Below, one piece after another: positions 1-11,327 of a stretch of 51,493 nucleotides of DNA; positions within the stretch are counted from its first letter, which is position 1, and every line of letters begins with the position of its first letter. Under the pieces are notes generated by a model. That model was not told where the DNA came from. It did no database searches and saw only the letters and a list, made by a program, of their open reading frames with translations. The translations under genes were made by a program, and so were the position numbers. This stretch comes from Chiloscyllium plagiosum (taxonomy: Eukaryota): contig NC_057755.1 of NCBI RefSeq assembly GCF_004010195.1, positions 5,509,040 through 5,560,532 of the forward strand, read 5' to 3'.

Positions 1-274
1 GTCTAGTTAATTCTGTGCTGTAAAGGAAGCATTGTCTGCTATTCTTTCTTCAGACAGACTGTGGTCAAGTCAGTTATGCAGCTTTATCAGGGTTAAAAGT
101 CATTTTAAGCAGCTTTAAGCAGAATTGGCAATTTGCAAACGAGAAGCCATTTTATTATGTTATTCGTATGAAGAAACCATTTTATTTCCACCTAAGTTAG
201 TAAGAATATTTCTTAAGTAGCTCTTCCTGACAACAACTAGTTACCTCGGCCTGTTTTCAGTTTTCAGATCCTCA
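1..274 (-). repeat. Partial 3' LTR (U3 start) of ERV copy A
   Basis: Minus strand reads PPT AAAGAGCGGAGA then TGAGGATCTG starting at 274; matches 11328-11600. Confidence 0.85.
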
Positions 275-465
275 TCTCCGCTCTTTGGTCGTTCCATGAC
301 CACACCATATTATGGGAGGGCATAGATGAGATGCTCTGATGATGCCATTAGTTTCCGACTGAAGGGCTTTTGACCGAAACGTCGATTTTCCAGCTCCTCG
401 GATGCTGCTTGATCTGCTGTGCTTTTGCATCACCACTCTGAACTAAACAGATTAGATCAGTCCAA

Positions 466-2419
466 TCAATTGGACGATAGAGAATGACATACTTCCTTCT
501 TTAACTCTGCCGAACCATGTGAAGGCAATCGCACGTCCTCATCTTCATTTGGATGGAGAAGAAGCATTTTCTGGGATGAATCGATGTTGTCGACAGAAGT
601 TATGAGCTTAGCAATAATACATTTAATAATAGCGACGCCATCAAAGAGGTAAATTTAAACAATAGCAATATGCATGGCAAGACTTATCAACCAGTTGCAC
701 CACGAGCTAAAATCAAATCTCTCCATTCTGTGCCTTCCCTCATTTGAGTGAGGAAGGTGTGATTGTTATCTACATGGTTGGTAATATTCTTGATGAGGTC
801 AGTAACCCCAACATACACTTGCCCTTTTCTATGGCGAAAAACCCTACCTTCTCTGGCGAGTAGGTAGTCGAGGGCGTACCGGTTTTGTTGGGAATCTAGG
901 CGTAATTTTGAGAGCATGTCTTAAACCCCTGCTAAGACCAAGGCTGTCTCGTTGCTCAAGAGACTGACACCGCAAATAAGATAATTTCGTTTTAGACAGC
1001 TCATCATTCCAGAAGATCCTCCGAAGGAAAAAGTACGAAGAAATGCATAGTCCACAGAGAGGGCTTCAGTCTTGTCGAAAGCCTGAGCACCTCTCCAATG
1101 CACACAGAACTCAGATAAAACTGACCGTTTGGCAGGGAAACTCCAACCTCATTCCCAGTTAGTTGACAGGGAACAGTCGGCGGGAAACGTGTCCCGACAG
1201 CTATAGCACGGGGAATACCTATTTCACCAAGAACAAGTAAGTTGGTCTCTTTGCCTTGGCTGAAAAAATAGTAACCAGGTTTAGTACAGATAATGGAGCG
1301 AGCTTGCAATAAGAAACGGGCCTGGCTTTGTGACTTCCCCGAATACATGTGCAGTCCATGACTCCAAAGTGTGGTTGTACTGAACGCTGAAGATGAAAGC
1401 TGATCAATGTAAATGTGGTGCGTCCTACGGTAAGAGATGTGGTTATTGTCCCAGACTGGTTCCGTCTATCCAACAATGGGGAATACAGAAGTGCCATTAG
1501 GTTTCTTATAGTGAAGTTTGGTGGTGCTGTTAACCATAACACAAAGGGCCTGAACACCAGTAATAACAGGGTTACAAAGGCATACTCCTCCCGTAGGCAT
1601 ATGCATGAGATGCGATGCCCCACAGGGGAGCAATCGCCATTGGTACATTTAATCAAGCTGCATGGAATAGCCTTAGACACATTCACATAAGTGTACCCCC
1701 ATACCGTTCTGTCTTTACAATTATGATAGGGTACTACTGAGCAAGTTCAAAAGCAACAAGCAGGTTAAGCCATAGTCAAAACTATTATGTAGGTGAAAGT
1801 GAGGACTGCAGATGTTGGATGTCCGAGCTGAAAAATGTGTTGCTGGAAAAGCGCAACAGGTCAGGCAGCATCCAATGAACAGGAGAATCGACGTTTCGGG
1901 CAGAAGCCCTTCTCATCAAAAATATTATGTCCAGTAAACGACATAGAAGCAGTCCATACCCCTTGGTTGGGATGGGGGTGGAGAGGAGAGTAAAGTGATC
2001 AAATTGACCACTTCATCCCAGCCAAATAATTTATTTTTACTTTGAGGAAACAACTTTTTCATGAGATATAATATTCTCCATTTTCTCTTTTGCAACGTGC
2101 CAATTTAAACCTCTTTGAATAGGAGCCAGGCTTACTCGGCCGCTCGTATCACAATTGAAATCAAACTGGCACGCAACACCTTGACAGGGTAAGAACCATT
2201 GAGATTTGTCCTGTGAACGAACTGTCCAATCTTCTTGATGCAGTTGATCATTGTGACAATCATTCTTGGTCATGTTCCATGCATCGAAAGAATCAGTCTC
2301 TCGGCACAAAAAGACACAGTCTCTGGTTGTTCAAAGTCGCACGGGGAAACCGTCCCTTCTTGAGCACCAATGCCGGCTACGACGAGTCCATAAAGCAGGG
2401 TAAGTTCGATTTTCATCAT
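466..2419 (-). pseudogene. env: ERV env pseudogene, copy A
   Basis: Signal-peptide-like MMKIELTLLYGLVVAGIGA, hydrophobic fusion peptide YAFLRTFSFGGSSG, ISD QNRYALDYLLAREG and hydrophobic TM anchor; several frameshifts and stops, plus a Penelope insertion at about 1795-1915. Confidence 0.9.
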
Positions 2420-3108
2420 CACCCACCTTGCATGGGGCTTGTCTGATGACTGTGCAATGAGGGAGTTGCCTGGCGACCTTATCAGCTGCGGTGGTTGTGA
2501 GGAGAGCCTGGAAGGGCCCCTTCCATCGAGGTTGTTGGCCATGGCGTGTCCTTCGGAAGAGAGTATAAACCGTTTTCTCTCCTTTCCCAATTGTGTACAA
2601 AAATGCATAAAATCAACTAAAATAGGCAGCAACAAAGAAAGAACACAACCTTGTCCAGCAGGTTTCACCCACATTTCGATTTGAGTATCGTTAAGTACCC
2701 AATCTGAGGTCATACGTTGCGCTCTTCATCAGGGGTTTTTCCCTGTGATTTCTGTACTTTACACATAGCTGGTATGCCTCACCCCATATTTTCTCTTTCT
2801 GCGTTTTACCGGGGACCCAAAGTGAACCGTGGTTTGGGGGTAAGGCTGGCTGCTTGGCAGCAGCATCGACTTGCCCATTACGTTGGAAACTGTATCAATT
2901 ACCTTAGGGTGAGTGGAACATATTGATAACGGACAGACTGATTGGACAAAACAGCATTACAACGCCGCCCCATGAGTGTTAGAAATATTTTATGTCCCCG
3001 CAAGGCTCCAAAATATTGGAACACACAAAGAGCACAATGAAGAATCAATGTAGATTAGTAGATTTTCGTTTTGTTCGAACGCAAGCATGCCGATTCCCCA
3101 CGTTAGCT
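2420..3108 (-). pseudogene. pol: ERV pol remnant (RNase H plus integrase N- and C-termini), copy A
   Basis: Same motifs as copy B: IYIDS, RNGQVDAAAKQ, MHFCTQLGKE, PRWKGPFQALLTTTAADKV. Confidence 0.85.
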
Positions 3109-3125
3109 CCAAGATATCATAAAAT

Positions 3126-4310
3126 ACACATCATTCCCCATTGGCCACATTTCCGCAGTTAAGGCAAGGGCCAGCCACTTGTCCCTGGGGGATTTACTGA
3201 CTTGTTCTCAGTCTCAAAGGTGTCATACTGGGGTACGCCTGTCCCCATTTCCAGGGTCCCCTCAGGAAAAGGTTGCTAAAAGGTGGTCGGTGGGTGGTAG
3301 GTTACGCCCACAGTGCGTATCCTGGTCCCAATCAGTCCTGTCAGAGCCGGCACACTGCATTCGGGACCGCGAGGGCACTGGACATAATCGGTTTTACCTT
3401 TAACTTGCATTGTGGTTGAGTCTGTTTATGGGTATCCCAATAGGAAACATCCACTCACCTTATTTGCGACTGGACATTCCTGGACTTATTCATACTGTTT
3501 GCCTGGATCATGTCAGTGACACCAGGTGGAAAATATTGCAAAGGCATAGGGTGAAACAAAGGTGATTCAGCATCTTGATTGTTAATCAATTGTATACCAC
3601 ATCCATCAGACAGATAGCCACATACTTCAGTCTTGTAACAAAAGCCATTCGTATTCAGGCTACTCCCAGAAGTTTGCTGTGTTTATATCTGTATCACTCT
3701 TGAGCAAATTCGGCCTGTTTGTTCTTGCGGTCAGCGGCATGCTCTCTTTCCTGGGATGTGACACAGGCCACTTATCCCCATATCAGCTATGAAGACTGGA
3801 TGCTTTATTTTCAACAGAAGGCGAAGTTTGTAATAAAGGGGCGTGTGCAGACGACAATCAGGAGATGTTAGGGGCTGAGCGAGTATCCAGGGACAAAATC
3901 ACGATCCTCAAATAGGGTCAGTACGCCAGACATCGGCTGGGGATTCTGAGTAGAATCTACGTTCATTATTTTACATCGTTGTTGCTTTATCCCTGTTCGT
4001 AAATTCCTCAGTCTTAGTGGCCTTACACTGTTTCTCATGTCGCTTTTTTATCATCTCATGTCCCTTTAATTTTTTCATCTACCTATTCACAACACTTCGC
4101 ATTTCTTAAGAGTTCCATCTGCTATACATGCATCTATCTCCCAATCACGTGCAAAATTCCTTCAACTGGTCAGTAAGGTATATTTCTACTCTTTAGTTTG
4201 CAATACATTAATGCAACTATGCTTCAAATTAACGATTAAGCACTGAGACAGGTCACTGACAATGTGTAAAGGAATAAAACCAAGTGATCCTGACAACTAA
4301 GCATGCGTTT
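3126..4310 (-). pseudogene. gag: ERV gag remnant, copy A
   Basis: MHR-like QQTSG(E)*P..AFVTRLK near 3630-3680 and a frameshifted CCHC knuckle at 3126-3166; boundaries approximate. Confidence 0.7.
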
Positions 4311-4588
4311 GTGATTCAGGGCGAATACAATTGATTATATTAAAATAGTAAATAAAATAATCGTTATCTGTAAGTCAGAGCTGAAAATTGAACAAGTGAC
4401 TAAGACATTTTATAAGTTATCAATATAAACTGGAAATTAATTTATTCAGTATTCAATATATAAATTGCAAAAATATGTAATGTTTTCACGTGGTAAGAAA
4501 AAAAATTCTCATGCACGAATATTGGCCGACTCCAAAGACACAGGTATTAACCGTAGGATGTTAATTTTGTTACATGATTTATCACAAC

Positions 4589-5293
4589 GTAATGTTGAAC
4601 TTAAACTTCAATTTTCATTGAGGAAGGGGAATTGATATCAAAGAAAGCAACGACTGGCACACCATAATTCACAATGAAACACATCAGTCTTAAAATTAAG
4701 CGGAAACAAATGAGACTGAAACAATATTTAAATTTTCTGGTATCATCTTCTGAAAAGTATCTTGTTTGTCTGGGACATTTTGGATTATTTCTTTATACTT
4801 CCAGTTTTATAAATTTTAACTAAATTAAGCAGGGTTCATGCAACTCCTCCACACGATGAGCAAATATTAAAGTCTGAAGGGATTTTCCTCCATGTTAGGT
4901 TTAGATTATAAGTGAAATTGAGCAGAGAGCTGCTCTCATCCCGGAACAGTATGATTCTGCACCAGAGGCGCAGATTTAGTGTTATTGCTATATTTCCTTC
5001 GGTCAATTCTTTCATTAGTACTACACGTATGGGTGAGAAGGGTGAAAATGATCTTCGACAGTAGCATGAAATTATGGAGAACTTGAGAGCAAGTTTATAC
5101 TGATGTCAAATGGTGCAGAATCGAAGGAGAAGACATTTTTTAAAAAAATATATGATGTCGTCTTCCTCTGTATTAAACTGATCTGAAATTAAATAAGATC
5201 GGCTTTCATGTAAGCACAATAGTGGTTAGTTAGAAACTGACAGTAGGGCAGTCATGGCCGGTAAGAGGAAGAGGGGTTCATATTTCCTTCCAT
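4589..5293 (-). pseudogene. Pre-gag CNPase-like (2H phosphoesterase) ORF remnant, copy A
   Basis: LPYCQFLT, FHATV and GGKSLQTLIFAHRVE align to CNPase motifs; see copy B. Confidence 0.7.
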
Positions 5294-5474
5294 AATCACT
5301 GATGAATCCTTAACTTTAAAGGAAATCATGTTAAATTCCCGAAATGCAAATCAAATTTGAAATAGTCCCGGATCTCGAGCTCCAGGGATCAAAATACAAA
5401 CATTCAACAACAAGGAAATGTGCATCCAAATCACAAAGGTTTAAATTTTCCACAAGCCGCAGGGAATCAGCTCT

Positions 5475-5550
5475 GAGTTTCTCTCCCTCTTTCTCTGTCT
5501 CTCACTGTCACTAACTCTCTATCTTTCTTTCTCTCTCTCTTTCTCTCTAG
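5475..5550. repeat. (CT)n/(GA)n microsatellite in ERV leader (paralog at about 30045-30115)
   Basis: Imperfect CT run seen directly. Confidence 0.85.
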
Positions 5551-6216
5551 TATTGGAATTCCTGGCTGTGCCACATAGCTGCTCAACCAAGTATGCGTGA
5601 ATTGTATCACTGGCCAGCTTTCGTTTCTTTGAACAAAAGCAGCAAACACCCTCTATATTACATGAACAAACAACAAACTCCAAAACAAACAGAACAAAAC
5701 CACAGCAGGCAAACAATACAAAGCAGCAAAGCAGGACAAGGTCAGCCGAACAGATAAAACAGAGAAGATAATCTCGACCTAAAGCTTTCAGTAATCAACA
5801 AAACGTCAATGAACAACAAGACTAATGATTTCTGAAAAACATTTTCGACATTCTAAAAGCCAGACAGTTTTGTCACAATATATCGCAAAAATTCTTTGTT
5901 TCGTTTTTCACAGAACAATTTGGGAATCCATTTTGACGACACCAATCTGACCAAGTCTGTGTCTTGACTCTATCTTCAAGTCCCCGACATGTAAGTGGGA
6001 GTCCCTGACACCCTGGGATCCCCCGAGCGCTCTCTTTTCAGAGTCCCCGACTCTATTCACAGGTCCCCAACCTGTTAGTACGAGTCCCAAACACCATTGT
6101 TGGTGAATGTTTGTATTTTGATCCCTGGAGCTCGAGATCCGGGACTATTTCAAATTTGATTTGCATTTCGGGAATTTAACTTGATTTCCTTTAAAGTTAA
6201 GGATTCATCAGTGATT

Positions 6217-6916
6217 ATGGAAGGAAATGTGAACCCCTCTTGCTCTTACCGGCCATGACTGACCTACTGTCAGTTTCGAACTAACCACTATTGTGCTTAC
6301 ATGAACGCCGATCTTATTTAATTTTAGATCAGTTTAATACAGAGGAAGATGACATTATACTTTTTTTAAATGTCTTCTCCTTCGATTCTGCACCATTTGA
6401 CATCAGTATAAACTTGCTCTCAAGTTCTCCATAATTTCATGCTACTGTCAAAGATCATTTTCACCATTCTCACCCCTATGTGTAGTTTTAATGAAAGAAT
6501 TGACCGAAGGAAGTATCGCAACAACACTAAATCTGCGTCTCTGGTGCAGAATCATACTGTTACGGGATGAGAGCAGCTCTCTGCTCAACTTCAGTTATAA
6601 TCTAAACCTAACATGGAGGAAAATCACTTCAGACATTAATATTTGCTCATTGTGTGGAGGAGTTGCATGAACCCTACTTAATTTAGTTAAAATTTGTAAA
6701 ACTGGAAGTATAAAGATAAATCCAAAATGTCCCAGACAATCAAGATACTTTTCAGAAGATGATACTAGAAAATTTAAATATTGTTTCAGTCTCATTTGTT
6801 TCCGCTTAATTTTAAGACTGATGTGTTTCATTGGGAATTATGGTGTGCCAGTCGTAGCTTTATTTGATATCAATTCCCCTTCCTCAATGACAATTGAAGT
6901 TTATGTTCAACATTAA
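6217..6916 (+). pseudogene. Pre-gag CNPase-like (2H phosphoesterase) ORF remnant, copy B
   Basis: About 233 codons from ATG 6217 to TAA 6916 with frameshifts. Segments FLDQF, FHATVK (6435-6452), GMRA/QLSAQLQL*, HGGKSLQTLIFAHCVEELH/TLLNLVKI and FIGNYG match the order and spacing of CNPase FLEEL, [47 protein letters not shown] and FTGYYG (reference sequence recalled from memory). Confidence 0.75.
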
Positions 6917-7329
6917 GTTGTGATAAATCATGTAACAAAATTAACATCCTATGGTTAATACCTGTGTCTTTGGAGTCGGCCAATATTCGTGCATGAGAAT
7001 TTTTTTTCTAACCACGTGAGGAGACAAGACCTTTTAACGCAGCTGCAGTCATTTCACTGCTTATAGCATTGCAAATGAACAATGACTGGCCAGGTCTGCT
7101 GAAGGAGCCTAAAGGATTGAAACCAGGTAATTATAATGAATTTCATATTTAGAAACATTACATATTTTGCAATTTATATATTGAATACTGAATAAATTAA
7201 TTTCCAGTTTATATTGATGAATTATAAAATGTCTTAGTCACTTGTTCAATTTTCAGCTCTGACTTACAGATAACGATTATTTTATTTACTATTTTAATAT
7301 AATCAATTGTATTCGCCCTGAATCACAAA

Positions 7330-8477
7330 CGCATGCTTAATTGTCAGGATCACTTGGTTTTGTTCCTTTACACATTGTCAGTGACCTGTCTCAGTGCTTA
7401 ATCGTTAATTTGAAACATAGCTGCATTAATGTATTGCAAACTAAAGAGTAGAAATATACCTTACTGGCCAGTTGAAGGAATTTTGCACGTGATTGGGAGA
7501 TAGATGCATGTATAGCAGATGGAACTCTTAAGAAATGCGAAGTGTTGTGAATAGGTAGATGAAAAAATTAAAGGGACATGAGATGATAAAAAAGTGACAT
7601 GAGAAACAGTGTAAGGCCACTAAGACTGAGGAATTTACGAACAGGGATAAAGCAACAACGATGTAAAATAATGAACGTAGATTCTACTCAGAATCCGCAG
7701 CCTATGTCTGGCGGACCGACCCGATTTGAGGATGGTGATTTTGTCCCTGGATACTCGCTCAGCCCCTAACATCTCCTGATTGTCATCTGCACACTCCCCT
7801 TTATTACAAACTTCTCCTTCTGTTGAAAATTAAGCATCCAGTCTTCATAGCTGATATGGGGATGAGTGGCCTGTGTCACATCCCAGGAAAGAGAGCATGC
7901 CGCTGACCGCAAGAACAAACAGGCCGAATTTGCTCAAGAGTGATACAGATATAAACACAACAAACCTCTGGGAGTAGCCTGAATTCGAATGGCTTGTGTT
8001 ACAAGACTGAAGAATGTGGCTATCTGTCTGATGGATGTGGTATACAATTGAATAATAATCAAGATGCTCAATCACCTTTGTTTAACCCTATGCCTTTGCA
8101 ATATTTTCCACCTGGTGTCACTGACATGATCCAGGCAAACAGTATGAACAAGTCCAGGAATGTCCAGTCGCAAATAAGGTGAGTGTATGTTTTCTATTGG
8201 GATACCCGACAGACTAAACCACAATGCAAGTTAAAGGTAAAACCGATTATGTCCAGTGCCCTCGCGGTCCCGGATGCAGTGTTCCGGCTCTGAAGGGACT
8301 GATTGGGACCAGGATACCCACTGGGGGCGTAACCTACCACCCACCGACAACCTTTTAGCAACCTTTTCCTGAGGGGACCCTGGAAATGGGGACAGGCGTA
8401 CCCCGTATGACAACTTTGAGACTGAGAACAAGACAGTAAATGCCCCAGGGAAATGTGGCCACTGGGGAATGATGTGT
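7330..8477 (+). pseudogene. gag: ERV gag remnant, copy B
   Basis: Matrix-like PYWPVEG at about 7458-7478, MHR-like (C)VTRLK at about 7995, and the GHWGMMC half of the zinc knuckle (first half lost by a 30-bp deletion). Confidence 0.7.
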
Positions 8478-8493
8478 ATTTTATGCTATCTTG

Positions 8494-9185
8494 GAGCTAA
8501 CGTGGGGAATCGGCATGCTTGCGTTCGAGCAAAACGAAAATCTACTTATCTACATTGATTCTTCATTGTGCTCTTGGTGTTTTCCAATATTTTGGAGACT
8601 TGCGGGGACATAAAATATTTCTAACACTCATGGGGCGGCGTTGTAATGCTGTTTTGTCCAATCAATCTGTCCGTTATCAAGATGTTCCACTCACCCTGAG
8701 GTAATTGATACAGTTTCCAACGTAATGGGCAGGTGGATGCTGCTGCCAAGCAGCCAGCCTTACCCTCCAAACCTCTGGTCACTTTGGGTCCCCTGTAAAA
8801 TCCAGAAAGAGACAATATGGTGTGAGGCATGCCAGATATGTGTAAAGTACAGAAATCACAGGGAAAAACCCCTGATGAAGAGCGCAACTTATGACCTCAG
8901 ATTGGGTACTTAACGATACTCAAATCAAAATGTGGGTGAAACCTGCTGGACAAGTTTGTGTTCTTTATTTGTTGCTGCCTATTTTAGTTGATTTTATGCA
9001 TTTTTGTACACAATTGGGAAAGGAGAGAATGGTTTCTACTCTGTTACGAAGGACACGCCATGGCCAACAACCTCGATGGAAGGGGCCCTTTCAGGCTCTC
9101 CTCACAACCACTGCAGCTGATAAGGTCGCCAGGCAACTCCCTCATTGCACAGTCATCAGACAAGCCCCATGCAAGGTGGGTGATG
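8494..9185 (+). pseudogene. pol: ERV pol remnant: RNase H, then integrase N-terminal zinc-binding segment fused to the integrase C-terminus, copy B
   Basis: IYIDS/(fs)CALGVFQYFGDLRGHKIFLT and RNGQVDAAAKQPA (RNase H). WVKPAGQVC...MHFCTQLGKERM runs in frame into RHGQQPRWKGPFQALLTTTAADKV (ORF 8891-9271). Confidence 0.87.
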
Positions 9186-11136
9186 ATGAAGATCGAACTT
9201 ACCCTGCTATATGGACTCGTCGTAGCCAGCATTGGTGCTCAGGAAGGGACGGTTTGCCCATGCAACCTTGAGCAACCAGAGACTGTGTCTTGTTGTGCTG
9301 AGAGACTGATTCTTTCGATGCATGGAACGTGACCAAGAATGATTGTCACAATGATCAACTGCATCAAGAAGATTGGACAGTTCGTTCACAGGACAAATCT
9401 CAATGGTATTTACCTGTCAAGGAGTTGCGTGCCAGTTTGATTTCAGTTGTGATACGAGCGGCCGAGTAAGCCTGGCTCCTATTCGAAGAGGTTTAAATTG
9501 GCACGTTGCAAAAGAGAAAAGGGAGAATATTATCTCTCATGAAAAAGTGATTTCCTCAAAGTCAGAATAAACTATTTGGCGGGGATGAAGTGGTCTATTG
9601 GATCACTTTCCCCTCCCCTCCACCCCCATCCCAACAAAGGGGTATGGACTACTTTTATGTCGTTTACAGGACATAATATTTTTGATGAGAAGAAGGGCTT
9701 ATGCCCGAAACGTCGATTCTCCTGCTCCTTGGATGCTGCCTGACCTGCTGCGCTTTTCCAGCAACACATTTTTCAGTTCTGACATCCAGCATCTGCAGTC
9801 CTCACTTTCACCTACATAATATTTTTGACTATGACTTAACCTGCTTGTTGCTTTTGGACTTGCTCCGTGGAAGCCTATCACAATTGTAAAGACAGAACGG
9901 TATGGGGGTACACTTATGTGAATGTGTCTAAGTCTATTCCATGCAGCTTGATTAATTGTACCAATGGCGATTGGTCCCCTGTGGGGCATCGCATCTCATT
10001 CATATGCCTATGGGAGGAGTGTGGCTTTGTAACCCTGTTATTACTGGTGTTCAGGCCCTTTGTGCTGTGGTTAACAGCACCACCAAACTTCACTATGAGA
10101 AACCTAATGGCACCTCCGTCTTCCCCATTGTTGGATAGACGGAACCAGTCTGGGACAATAACCACATCTCTTACCGTAGGCCGCACCACATTTACATTGT
10201 CCAGCTTTCATCTTCAGCGTTCAGTAGAACCACACTTTGGAGTCATGGACTGCACATGTATTCGGGGAAGTCACAAAGCCAGGCCTGTTTCTTCTTGCAA
10301 GCTCCCTCCATTATCTGTACTAAACCTGGTTACTATTTTTTCAGCCAAGGCAAAGAGACCAACTTACTTGTTCTTCGTGAAATAGGTATTCCCCGTGCTA
10401 TAGCTGTCGGGACACGTTTCCCGACTATGGTTCCCTGTCAACTACCTGGGAATGAGGTTGGAGTTTCCCTGCCAAAAGTTCAGTTTTACCTGAGTTCAGT
10501 GTGCATTGGAGAGGTGCTCAGGCTTTGGACAACACTGAAGCTCACTCTATGGACTATGCATTTCTTTGTACTTTTTCCTTCGGAGGATCTTCTGGAATAA
10601 TGAGCTATCTAAAACGAAATTATCTTATTTGCGGTGTCAGTCTCTTGTGCAACGAGACAGCCTTGGCCTTATCAGGGTGTAAGACATGTTCTCAGAATTA
10701 CGCCTAGATTCCCAACAAAACCGGTACGCCCTCGACTACTACTCGCCAAAGAACGTGGGCTTTTCGCCATAGAAAAGGGCAAGTGTATATTGGGGTTACT
10801 GACCTCATCAAGAATATTACCAACCATGTAGATAACAGTCACACCTTCCTCACTCAAATGAGGGAATGCACAAAATGGAGAGATTTGGGTTTTAGTTCAT
10901 GGTACAACTGGTTAATAAGTCTTGCCATGCATATTGCTATTGTTTAAATTTGCCTCTTTGATGGTGTTGCTATTATTAAATGTATTATTGCTAAGCTAAT
11001 AACTTGTGTTGACAACATCTATTCATCCCAGAAGATGCTTCTTCTCCATCCAAATGAAGATGAGGACGTGCGATTGCCTACCCCTGGTTCGGCGGAGGTG
11101 AAGAAGGAAATATGTCATTCTCTATCGTCCAATTGA
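9183..11136 (+). pseudogene. env: ERV env pseudogene, copy B
   Basis: Starts overlapping the pol end with MMKIELTLLYGLVVASIGA. Fusion peptide, NETALAL heptad, ISD and TM anchor LISLAMHIAIV..VAIIKCII present; disrupted. Confidence 0.9.
9683..9810 (+). mobile_element. Penelope-like pLTR fragment inside env (shared by all copies: about 1795-1915 and 25938-26060)
   Basis: GAAGAAGGGCTTATGCCCGAAACGTCGATTCTCCTGCTCCTTGGATGCTGCC...GCAGTCCTCACTTTC, a motif repeated throughout the window. Confidence 0.75.
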
Positions 11137-11154
11137 TTGGACTGATCTAATCTG

Positions 11155-11245
11155 TACAGATCAGAGTGGTGATGCAAAAGCACAGCAGATCAAGCAGCAT
11201 CCGAGGAGCAGGAAAATCGACGTTTCCGGCAAAAGCCCTTCAGTA
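11155..11245 (-). mobile_element. Penelope-like pLTR fragment between env and PPT (paralogs at about 355-447 and 24297-24388)
   Basis: Minus strand CTGAAGGGCTTTTGCCGGAAACGTCGATTTTCCTGCTCCTCGGATGCTGC. Confidence 0.7.
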
Positions 11246-11315
11246 GGAAACTAATGGCATCATCAGGGCATGTAATCTCTGCCCTCCCATAATATGGTGT
11301 GGTCATGGAACGACC

Positions 11316-11327
11316 AAAGAGCGGAGA
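11316..11327 (+). other. Polypurine tract of the ERV
   Basis: AAAGAGCGGAGA immediately 5' of the LTR-start TG. Confidence 0.75.

Larger units (their letters stand above)
1..6094 (-). mobile_element. Class I ERV, copy A (part of leader through part of 3'LTR; cut at the fold-back junction and at the window edge)
   Basis: Collinear with copy C (about 23940-30660) and the reverse complement of copy B. Env ISD QNRYALDYLLAREG (ORF 687-917) and integrase C-terminus PRWKGPFQALLTT (ORF 2331-2600). Confidence 0.93.

Noticed and set aside
6595..6831. 78-aa ATG-started minus-strand ORF MKHISLKIK (also 29248-29484)
   Set aside because: Antisense to the CNPase-like frame and broken by a frameshift in copy A.
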